From: Candidatus Saccharimonadota bacterium
GTDB taxonomy: Archaea; Nanohalarchaeota; Nanosalinia; Nanosalinales; Nanosalinaceae
Reading direction: 5' to 3'
Length of the DNA stretch: 32,000 nt
NCBI GenBank assembly: GCA_001761425.1
Contig: CP012986.1
Coordinates: forward strand, 1,086,575 to 1,118,574
Shown here: positions 22,132 to 29,121 of the stretch, one piece after another
How positions within the stretch are numbered: position 1 is the first letter of the stretch
Layout: the number at the start of each line of letters is the position of its first letter
Notes under the pieces: generated by a model
What the model was told of the DNA's origin: nothing
What the model saw: the letters and a program-made list of their open reading frames with translations, nothing else
Database searches by the model: none
Program-made: the position numbers and the translations under genes

Positions 22132-23273
22132 TCAACACCACCCTTGTACTCTTTAACCATCTCCATTAAATCTTCTGCGGACTGTGTCATAGGCTTGTCA
22201 TTCCTGAAAAGTTTCATGTTTAGACCTAGCTCCTCTTTCTTCTCTCTAAGCAGTTCGAAGGCCTTGTCCGCATGAGGCCCATCTCTACGCACGACGATCG
22301 GATAATCAGGTTTTTCCTCCTCCAGGGCCTGGATAAAGCCTTTCATAGTCCTGAGAATGTCTGTATTGTTTGCTGTTCCTCCGACATGCCATAGACCGTT
22401 CAGATCTTTCGACATGATAACCTTTGCGAGCTTGTAAACTTTTTCTGTCGGCGGATTACCTCCGTACTCCGTGTAGTTTGCTGGTTCTCCGCCGTATTCG
22501 ATCAATGCATCTGTGTTGGTTAAGCTTGCGCCTCCGCCAGCCAGCATCATTCCGATATCGCCTTCAAGTTCAGTATATTTTCCTGCAACCCCTCTATGGT
22601 CCTGTTCATCGATTTTTTCCGCACGCAACTCTCTAGAAGTTTTTTCACGGCCAAGATCCGACCTTTCCGGCAGCTCCCGGTCATGCCTGTAACTTGCGTC
22701 ATTGTCCAGATCCATCATCGCATCCAGGATAATGTAACCGTCCTCCGTCTTCGCCAGTGGATTTACCTCCAGCAAGCGTGCATCTTCCTCCAGAAAGGCC
22801 TTGAACATCTTCTGAAGCACTTTTCCAAGGCTGACGATTTCCTTTCCTTCAAAGCCATTTTCTTTCAGGAACTGTCTGAAACGGAACTGAGAACTGTCTT
22901 CCAGCGGAAGTTTTGAGGCCTCTCTGTCCTCTATCCCTGAGCCTCCCTGTTCCGAGAATATCATAGCCGGTTTTCGCGTGTCTGTATCGTAGATGAATGA
23001 TACGTAGTATTCTTCTTCAAAATCTATCTGTTCCTCGACTAGAACTTTCTGTACTTCTTCGCCGTCGATCCTTCCACCGGTCATTTCGCTTTCAACTACC
23101 TGTACTTCCTTCCTGTTCTCCGCGAACCTGATTCCACCCTTCTCCTTCCTCTTGTTGGCCAGTACCTGGGCCTTAACAACGTATTCTCTATCGTCATGTT
23201 GAAGGCCTTTCTCTGGCGTTTTGAGGCCGTTTCTTTCCAGTATTTCTTTGGCCTCTTGTTCGTGGAGTTTCAC
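22128..23273 (-). CDS. ATP-grasp beta-type subunit of a succinyl-/citryl-CoA synthetase; C-terminal half resembles ATP-citrate lyase/CcsA more than canonical SucC
   Basis: MKLHEQEAKEIL (ATP-grasp N-terminus). GGEPANYTEYGGNPP...GGTANNTDILRTMKGFIQAL...VVRRDGPHADKAFELL resembles the ACLY ANYGEYSG...GGSIANFTNVAATFKG...VRRGGPNY, rather than the SucC ANFLDVGGGA...GGI.RCD...VRL.GTN. Confidence 0.85.
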   Translation of the reverse strand: MKLHEQEAKEILERNGLKTPEKGLQHDDREYVVKAQVLANKRKEKGGIRFAENRKEVQVVESEMTGGRIDGEEVQKVLVEEQIDFEEEYYVSFIYDTDTRKPAMIFSEQGGSGIEDREASKLPLEDSSQFRFRQFLKENGFEGKEIVSLGKVLQKMFKAFLEEDARLLEVNPLAKTEDGYIILDAMMDLDNDASYRHDRELPERSDLGREKTSRELRAEKIDEQDHRGVAGKYTELEGDIGMMLAGGGASLTNTDALIEYGGEPANYTEYGGNPPTEKVYKLAKVIMSKDLNGLWHVGGTANNTDILRTMKGFIQALEEEKPDYPIVVRRDGPHADKAFELLREKKEELGLNMKLFRNDKPMTQSAEDLMEMVKEYKGGVE

Positions 23274-23341
23274 ATCTGGGAATTTTTTCTGAATGTTTAA
23301 ATTTCGAAAGGCTGAAAACCATGGAGCTACAGTTTTTATTC

Positions 23342-23860
23342 ATGGTTTATACTGGACGTGGAGACAGAGGAAGAACCGATCTCTCCTCGGGGGAGAGAGT
23401 TTCCAAAAGTTCTGAAAGGATCGAGGCCTACGGCACGGTTGATGAATTAAACTCTCTTCTCGGAGTCTGCAGAAGCTTTACGGAAGACAAAGATAAAGAG
23501 ATTGAAGAGATACAGAACGAGTTGCATATACTTCAGGCAGAGCTTGCGAACCGTGAACCGGAGACAAAAGTCACTGAGGAAAACACTGAAAGACTCGAAG
23601 GCCTCTGCGATAAGTACCAGGAAGAATGTCCTCCGCTGACCAGCTTCATCCTTGCAGGAGGTACAGAAAGTGCGGCACAGTTACATAATGCTCGTTCAGT
23701 TGCCAGGAGAGCAGAGAGAAGAATTGTCAGGCTGGACCAAGACGAAGAACTCCGTGAAGAAGTCCTGGCCTATATCAACAGGCTGAGCGATCTTTTCTTC
23801 CTCATGGCAAGACATGAAAACTATCTAAACGATGTAGAGGAGAAAAATCCCAGGTACTAG
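23342..23860 (+). CDS. ATP:cob(I)alamin adenosyltransferase, PduO-type
   Basis: MVYTGRGDRGRTDL..GERVSK...RIEAYGTVDELNS..G and ILAGG...A.LH.AR.V.RRAER. Start set at the homology-supported MVYTG (ORF track starts at 23321). Confidence 0.85.
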   Translation: MVYTGRGDRGRTDLSSGERVSKSSERIEAYGTVDELNSLLGVCRSFTEDKDKEIEEIQNELHILQAELANREPETKVTEENTERLEGLCDKYQEECPPLTSFILAGGTESAAQLHNARSVARRAERRIVRLDQDEELREEVLAYINRLSDLFFLMARHENYLNDVEEKNPRY

Positions 23861-24615
23861 AGTTTTCTGTTCCACTCTGGAGAACAGAATTTTTCCTCCA
23901 CCAGTTTTTCAGCTTCTTCAAGTTCCTCCTCAGTAAGGCCTTCTTCCACCGTTTTCCTGTCCTCTACAAATTTCTGTATCAAGGCCTGTATTACCTGTTT
24001 CCGTGAGGCCTCTGTATGGTCTTTAATTTTTGATACTCTTTTCTCAGCTGATTTCACTGCTTTATCGGAGACCTTTTCTTTTCCGATCCTCAGGACTTTC
24101 AGCATTTCCTCTGTGTCAAGATCGTAGCTCATCGTTGTGTGGTGTAAAACTGCTTTCTGTTTCCTGAGCTGGGCAGCACCTCCAAGCTTTCCATCAGTGT
24201 GCTCGATATCGTTCAGAGGTTCGTAGCTCGCTTCAACGCCAAGATCGTTCAGGGCCTTGACCGCAAATTCATCCAGCTTCCTGTAGCTTTCCTCTACATC
24301 TTCCGGAACTTCGTCTTTCGGGATATAGATAGAGTATGTTATCACGTTACCTGGCTCGCAGAACATTGCTCCTCCTCCAGTTATCCTTCTTACAACCTCT
24401 ACGCCTTTTTCCTCAGCGTATTCATGCTCAACTTCATCCTGGTAGGCCTGAAACCTTCCGAACGGAACACTGGGTCCTTTTCTGTACCAGAACCTGAGTG
24501 TAGGCCTCATATCCACGTTATTCATTTTTTCTGTCAGCACTTCATCGATCGCATGATGCATCGCCTCAGAATACTCTCCCTCATTGATTACGCGCCACTT
24601 ACTCATCTCTTTCAC
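23857..24615 (-). CDS. lplA: Lipoate-protein ligase A, catalytic (BPL/LplA/LipB) domain
   Basis: LRFW.....V..GRFQ...E......GVEVVRRITGGGAMF..PGN.ITYS and the conserved Lys motif DGKLGGAAQ. Preceded by, and overlapping, the separate C-terminal-domain gene. Confidence 0.85.
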   Translation of the reverse strand: MKEMSKWRVINEGEYSEAMHHAIDEVLTEKMNNVDMRPTLRFWYRKGPSVPFGRFQAYQDEVEHEYAEEKGVEVVRRITGGGAMFCEPGNVITYSIYIPKDEVPEDVEESYRKLDEFAVKALNDLGVEASYEPLNDIEHTDGKLGGAAQLRKQKAVLHHTTMSYDLDTEEMLKVLRIGKEKVSDKAVKSAEKRVSKIKDHTEASRKQVIQALIQKFVEDRKTVEEGLTEEELEEAEKLVEEKFCSPEWNRKL

Positions 24616-24886
24616 CCTCTACAGCTTCCCTGAAGGCCTCAAAAACGTCTTCAGCGGAGAATCCTATCATATCGACATCTACCTCTTCCAGTTTCTCTAC
24701 TACCTCTTCCTTCTCTGCCTCTGTTTCGAGGCCTTCCAGCTTTCTTTCAAGCTCCTCCAGTTTTTCCGGCGGTTCAAGGAAGAAGTCGCCTCTGATTTCT
24801 GCGTTCTCTATCTTTTTGTTTTCCTTCTCCAGTTCCAGCTTTATCATTTTTCCATCCGGGACTTTCCTTGAAGCTTTCAGAGTCAT
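24599..24886 (-). CDS. lplB: Lipoate-protein ligase accessory (C-terminal) domain protein, LplB-like
   Basis: KVPDGKMIKLELE......NAEIRGDFFLEPPE.LE.LE..L.G matches the LplA C-terminal domain, encoded separately as in Thermoplasma. ATG 24886 preferred over 24955. Confidence 0.7.
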   Translation of the reverse strand: MTLKASRKVPDGKMIKLELEKENKKIENAEIRGDFFLEPPEKLEELERKLEGLETEAEKEEVVEKLEEVDVDMIGFSAEDVFEAFREAVEGERDE

Positions 24887-25038
24887 GTTTCTACACTTGG
24901 AGAGGCCTGAATAAAAACAGGATGGAAGCCTTGGGAGAATGGCATTCTTTTTCAACCAGCAGATTCTTTTTTCAGGTAGAGATAAACTGGCACAGCAGCA
25001 GATTTTTCCCTGCCTACAGCAATCTCGAGGTTTAACCA

Positions 25039-25782
25039 GTGAAAAAATGGAGATACATCCCGTTCAGGTACTACGACCCGTACTTCAAGACAGGCCTTAA
25101 CAAGGCCTTGATGGAGTCAGCAAGGGAAACAGGCGAGAAAATTATCTTCCTTTCCGGATGGGAGAACGACTGCGTCAACATCGGCTACAGCCAGAGAATC
25201 GAAGAAGAAATAGACATCGGGGAGGCGGAGCACAGAGGCCTTGACATCGTCAGAAGGCAGGGCGGTGGAGGAACCACTTACCTGACAAGAGACGGAGAGA
25301 TAACCTGGGGAATAGTCGCACCCGGAAAAGAGTTCCCGGACGATGTGAACAGTACCTACAGAAAAATCTGTAGCGAGATCGCTGAAGGCCTTTCAAAGAT
25401 CGGAATAGAGGCAAGACACGAACCCATCAACGATATCGTGACCGTTTACGGAAAAATATCCGGAGCCACACTGAAAAAAGAGGACGGAGTCATCTATATC
25501 GGCGGAACACTGATATTTGAGGCTGAAGTCGAGAAAATGTTTGAGGTGCTAACCCCAGGCAAAGAAAAAATCGCTGACAAAGACATAGAGAACTTTGAAG
25601 ACCGTATAACTTCTGTAAGAAAAGAGTCAGATGCCAGTTTTAATGAAACAGTTGAAGCACTGAGCGAAGGCCTTCTAAAAGACAAAAATTACGGCGAGGA
25701 CGAGTTAAAGGCGGAGGAGAAAAGACGTGCTCAAGGCCTCGCTGATAAATACAGGAGTGACGAATGGTTGTATAAGAAATGA
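25039..25782 (+). CDS. Second BPL/LplA/LipB-family protein (lipoate ligase or octanoyltransferase paralogue)
   Basis: YDP..NLA-like N-terminus, VNIGYSQ, GLDIVRRQGGGGTTYL, and the Lys motif YGKISGATL. GTG start. Confidence 0.75.
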   Translation: MKKWRYIPFRYYDPYFKTGLNKALMESARETGEKIIFLSGWENDCVNIGYSQRIEEEIDIGEAEHRGLDIVRRQGGGGTTYLTRDGEITWGIVAPGKEFPDDVNSTYRKICSEIAEGLSKIGIEARHEPINDIVTVYGKISGATLKKEDGVIYIGGTLIFEAEVEKMFEVLTPGKEKIADKDIENFEDRITSVRKESDASFNETVEALSEGLLKDKNYGEDELKAEEKRRAQGLADKYRSDEWLYKK

Positions 25783-26453
25783 GTGCTCCAACGTATGAGA
25801 GAAATGTCCAGTCTCCTGAGGAAATCGATGATCTTGTGGGCGAACTTCATTCCAGAGCCGAGGATGGAGGCCTTACCAGGTTGTTTCTTCAACATGAAGA
25901 GGAGCAAAACATTGTTCGCGGCCGTAACCAGGTCATGAGACATGGAGGAGATGTCCCTGAAGTCAAGAGACGTGACGGAGGTAAGGCCTGGTATCATGAT
26001 GATACTAAATGCTTCATGATAGGTCTTCCGGACGGAAACGGAAAGTTCCGGGAGAAGTACATGGAACAGTGGAGCAATCTGATCATCAACGAGCTTGAAG
26101 AACTGGGCTACAATGCTTTCATGACCGGCAGCGATATCTATCATGCAGAGACAGGAAGACAACTGGTAGGCCTCAGCGGGTCAAACACAGATTTCACAAC
26201 CGTTCTGAGAGCTTGCTGGTACGAGGATAGGCCCGAGATCAATCATCTGCTGGAGGCCGATGGAATAGATACAGAGGAGTTCCACGATGCATACGACACC
26301 GTAGAAGGCTTTTATGATAGATTGAAAGGAAAAGTCGAGCCTGAACCAGCCGGCGACAGCTTTATCTCACAGGAGATCAGGGAGGAGGAAAGAGATTACA
26401 CCACCGAGCCTCCAGGCCTTGAAGGCTCGTGCATCGAGCGATATCCTCTCTAG
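25779..26453 (+). CDS. Divergent third BPL/LplA/LipB-family-like protein lacking the conserved catalytic Lys
   Basis: LTRLFLQHEEEQNIVRGRNQ...VKRRDGGKAWYHDD...LEELGYNA...SDIYHAETGRQLVGLSG parallels the RR.SGGGAVYHD...G.K.SGSA architecture, but with R/Q where Lys is expected. ATGA overlap with 25039..25782. Confidence 0.5.
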   Translation: MSAPTYERNVQSPEEIDDLVGELHSRAEDGGLTRLFLQHEEEQNIVRGRNQVMRHGGDVPEVKRRDGGKAWYHDDTKCFMIGLPDGNGKFREKYMEQWSNLIINELEELGYNAFMTGSDIYHAETGRQLVGLSGSNTDFTTVLRACWYEDRPEINHLLEADGIDTEEFHDAYDTVEGFYDRLKGKVEPEPAGDSFISQEIREEERDYTTEPPGLEGSCIERYPL

Positions 26454-26547
26454 ACCAACCAGTTAAAAAAATAGCCGATTGTTTCCCTCTATACAGAGTA
26501 GGCCTCCAGCGCTGATTTCAGCCTACAAGGTCTTTGAAAGCGCTTCC

Positions 26548-26555
26548 ATATAGTA
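26548..26555 (+). promoter_or_regulatory. TATA-like box ATATAGTA upstream of tRNA-Leu
   Basis: Read directly. Centred about 37 nt before the tRNA 5' end. Confidence 0.35.
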
Positions 26556-26587
26556 AGGGCTTATTGCGTGCGATTAGCGTAACAATC

Positions 26588-26670
<83 letters not shown>

Positions 26671-26779
26671 GACTTCTCCTTTAAAATCTGTACACCAAGA
26701 ACTTTACTTCCAGAATCAAGGCCTTACAGACAACGATCGGAATGGCTTCCTGTTTATCTTCCTCTAGCTTTCAAACATT

Positions 26780-26795
26780 TTTTCAGGCCTGAAAA
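26780..26795. repeat. Perfect 16-bp palindrome TTTTCAGGCCTGAAAA in a convergent intergenic region
   Basis: Read directly. Centred on AGGCCT. Lies between tRNA-Leu/C-D sRNA (+) and the DUF4430 gene (-). Confidence 0.8.
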
Positions 26796-26833
26796 TATGC
26801 TGGTAAATAAAGTTTGAGAACCTTATTTGAACT

Positions 26834-26908
26834 GTCGAGATGATGAGGTTATTTGACATCGTCTGAGCTTTGAAAGAAGGATGATGACAGAAACACCCAC
26901 TGATCGAC
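26834..26908 (+). ncRNA. Box C/D sRNA candidate (2'-O-methylation guide)
   Basis: Terminal stem GTCGA(26834-38)/TCGAC(26904-08). C box ATGATGA 26840-46. 16-nt spacer. D' box CTGA 26863-66. 14-nt linker. C' box ATGATGA 26881-87. 12-nt guide CAGAAACACCCA. D box CTGA 26900-03. All four boxes are consensus. Intergenic, no ORF. Confidence 0.6.
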
Positions 26909-26938
26909 TTTCAAACTATAATCAGAGCTTCTGAACTG

Positions 26939-27391
26939 TTATCCTGTGGCCTCCAGGCTTTCGTTCTCGTTCATCAGGCTGAACCTGAGGCTGTCCTCAC
27001 CGGATAACTGGTACTTCCCTGAGCCGACTTCCGGTGTTTCACCGTTTACCTGATAGATCCAGTACTGGGTCTCATTACCGGATACTCCGTTTATCGATGT
27101 GATGAAGTAACCATAAGAGCTTTCCCGGTAACCTACTTCATGAGTCATATTCAAGGCCTTGAAAGCTGAAGTAGAGTTGTTCACATCTACCATAGTGGAG
27201 TCAATGGAATCTCTGTAATCCACTGTCAGGTTAACCCGGATCTGATCATCGCTTTCCGGAGAATCCAATAGCTGTGCACCTGCTATAAGACCAAGGCCCA
27301 GTACAATGAGAAGGCCTGCCGCGATATACCTGATTTCAACTTCTTCCGTAAACCTTTCCAAGCGTTCTGTTAAATCCATAGATTGTAACAC
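26939..27391 (-). CDS. DUF4430 (transcobalamin/intrinsic-factor beta-domain-like) membrane-anchored protein
   Basis: N-terminal TM anchor, then A...L........G.FITSINGVSGNETQYWIYQVNGE....G...Y.L..EDSLRF, typical of DUF4430. Start uncertain (27391 or 27379). Overlaps the upstream gene by 44-56 nt. Confidence 0.7.
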   Translation of the reverse strand: MLQSMDLTERLERFTEEVEIRYIAAGLLIVLGLGLIAGAQLLDSPESDDQIRVNLTVDYRDSIDSTMVDVNNSTSAFKALNMTHEVGYRESSYGYFITSINGVSGNETQYWIYQVNGETPEVGSGKYQLSGEDSLRFSLMNENESLEATG

Positions 27392-27923
27392 CGAAACCTA
27401 GAGTACTTACAAGATGCGTTAGAGCGAAAGGAACCGCAGCCAAAAGGTAAGCAGGCGCCGATAAAAGGCCTGTACCAGATAAGATCAGGGAAACACCATT
27501 TACAACCAGTTCAAAAGCTACTGTGCCTGTAAAAAGCGATGCAAAGTACATCTTCCTCCCGGAGCTGATTTTGCTGAGATAGTAGGCTGTCAGTGCTGCG
27601 AGGCCTGCTCCTGCCATCTGGTAGAAAGTCCATGGCCCCTGTCCTCCGTAGACCAGGAAGTTAGTTGCGTAAAATCCTGTTATTCCTGATGCGAGGCCTT
27701 GTTTTTTGCCTCCGTAGAAGCCTACTGCGATAGCCAAGGGTAGAACTGTCTCAATACTCGGATAATGCTGTAATGCGACTCTCCCAAGAATTCCTGAAGC
27801 TGTAAGTGCCGCAGTCACCGCCAGAGTTTCTGCACTGATTTTCTCACCGCTTTCAGAGCCTGATTCGCTGAAAATCTCTGACTCCGACAGCGGATAGTAA
27901 TCATCTCCCCCTACAACCGACAT
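27336..27923 (-). CDS. Polytopic membrane protein, ECF-transporter S-component-like
   Basis: About 5-6 TM helices with a GGQGPWTFYQMAGAGLAA motif resembling ECF S components. Immediately upstream of, and overlapping, the DUF4430 gene. Confidence 0.55.
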   Translation of the reverse strand: MSVVGGDDYYPLSESEIFSESGSESGEKISAETLAVTAALTASGILGRVALQHYPSIETVLPLAIAVGFYGGKKQGLASGITGFYATNFLVYGGQGPWTFYQMAGAGLAALTAYYLSKISSGRKMYFASLFTGTVAFELVVNGVSLILSGTGLLSAPAYLLAAVPFALTHLVSTLGFGVTIYGFNRTLGKVYGRS

Positions 27924-27998
27924 GGTATAACACCGTTATATATTCAGCTTTAAACATCCTTCGGACAAAGATCAAACTCTGCTCTCCGACCACTGAGG

Positions 27999-28007
27999 AA
28001 TTAAAAG
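27999..28007 (+). promoter_or_regulatory. TATA-like box AATTAAAAG upstream of tRNA-His
   Basis: Read directly. Centred about 36 nt before the tRNA 5' end. Confidence 0.4.
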
Positions 28008-28038
28008 CTTCGCCCTCAATCCAATTTACAGAAAAATC

Positions 28039-28113
28039 GGTGGAGGTAGGTTAGTTGGTCTATACTCCGACCTTGTGGCGGTCGGGACGCGGGTTCGAAT
28101 CCCGCCCTCCGCC
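28039..28113 (+). tRNA. tRNA-His (anticodon GUG) with genomically encoded G-1
   Basis: Manual cloverleaf: G-1 (28039) opposite discriminator C73, acceptor GTGGAGG/CCTCCGC (U2-G71 wobble), anticodon stem CGACC/GGTCG with loop TTGTGGC, T arm GCGGG-TTCGAAT-CCCGC. T-tract follows. Confidence 0.9.
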
Positions 28114-28154
28114 CTTTTACATACTCAAAATCTTGAAGGCCTCTCTAAGCCCCT

Positions 28155-29042
28155 TTAACTCTTCTTGTTCTCCAGGATTTTTACTCTGTCGCTGTCCATT
28201 ATTGAGAAATTGATTACAGTGTTGGAGATGTCAAGCATTAGTCTTCGTATTCTTTCTATGTTCCTGTCTTCTGTATTCACCTCTCTCAGTACCTTGACAA
28301 TGTTTTCAGCCTTTTTTTGTTCCGAATCGAAAATTGCAGTACTCAAGTCTCCATAGATTGGCTTGAGTTTATCCAGACCTTGATCATAGTCTTTTTCATG
28401 TTTAGAGATTTCTACCAGGTGGTCTCCAATTCTTTCAATTGACTTGGCTATCAGTCGGTAGTCCATCGCCTTCAGATTTTCCTCAACTTCCAACTTTTTC
28501 CCTACGTTGAGATTTCTCTGTGAAAGGACTAGCTGTCTTAGTAATAATATGTAGTATTTGTCAAGTACATCTTCCATTTCGCGGACTCTTTCAGGATTAG
28601 ATTCAATGTCATCCATCATGGACTTGACTGTCGAATCCATTCTTCTCAAACCGTTTCTGCTTGATAGATCTTCGGAGCGAAACAGGTTCTTGATCTCCAG
28701 ACTATCATTTTCCACTCTCGTTATTTCAACACCTATCAGGACTTCTCTGACAAATTTCTTTATCTCCTCTATATTTTCTATATCCTTTATCCTGATGGTC
28801 TGAGTTCCGTTCAGGTATAGGCCTACAATATCCCTCTTCAAAATCTCGATTCCATCTGGAGCATTCAAGACAACACTGGCCTGGGATTTCTCTTTTTCTC
28901 CGAATAGGTCCAGGCTGATTTTACCGTTTACCTTCTCCATCTGGATACTTTCACCGGCCTGAATTTCCCCTTCCACCCATTCTTTCGGCAGAGAAACAGT
29001 GTATGTTGAGCCACCGGTCTTCTGGATCTTCCTGGTCTCCAT
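28155..29042 (-). CDS. PhoU-domain regulator with N-terminal AbrB/SpoVT-type DNA-binding domain
   Basis: N-terminus RKIQKTGGSTYTVSLPKEWV (AbrB/SpoVT looped-hinge helix), followed by two PhoU-like helical repeats (..RIGDHLVEI..). Confidence 0.85.
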   Translation of the reverse strand: METRKIQKTGGSTYTVSLPKEWVEGEIQAGESIQMEKVNGKISLDLFGEKEKSQASVVLNAPDGIEILKRDIVGLYLNGTQTIRIKDIENIEEIKKFVREVLIGVEITRVENDSLEIKNLFRSEDLSSRNGLRRMDSTVKSMMDDIESNPERVREMEDVLDKYYILLLRQLVLSQRNLNVGKKLEVEENLKAMDYRLIAKSIERIGDHLVEISKHEKDYDQGLDKLKPIYGDLSTAIFDSEQKKAENIVKVLREVNTEDRNIERIRRLMLDISNTVINFSIMDSDRVKILENKKS

Positions 29043-29066
29043 GATTCTTAAACAAATGTAATAGAA

Positions 29067-29091
29067 TATATAGATTTTGGTAATCTATATA
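29067..29091. promoter_or_regulatory. Perfect 10-bp inverted repeat TATATAGATT-N5-AATCTATATA in the divergent promoter region
   Basis: Read directly. Lies 25 nt upstream of the PhoU/AbrB regulator start (29042, -) and about 31 nt upstream of ATG 29122 (+). Confidence 0.6.
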
Positions 29092-29121
29092 GTCAGGGGG
29101 GAAAACTATGTACTCAAATGT

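Noticed and set aside
27336-27391. The 44-56 nt overlap between the ECF-S-like and DUF4430 genes as evidence for a frameshifted fusion.
   Set aside because: Both ORFs have complete, sensible termini: the S-like protein ends after its last TM helix, and the DUF4430 protein begins with its own TM anchor. An overlap is plausible, and the start codon choice cannot be resolved from sequence alone.
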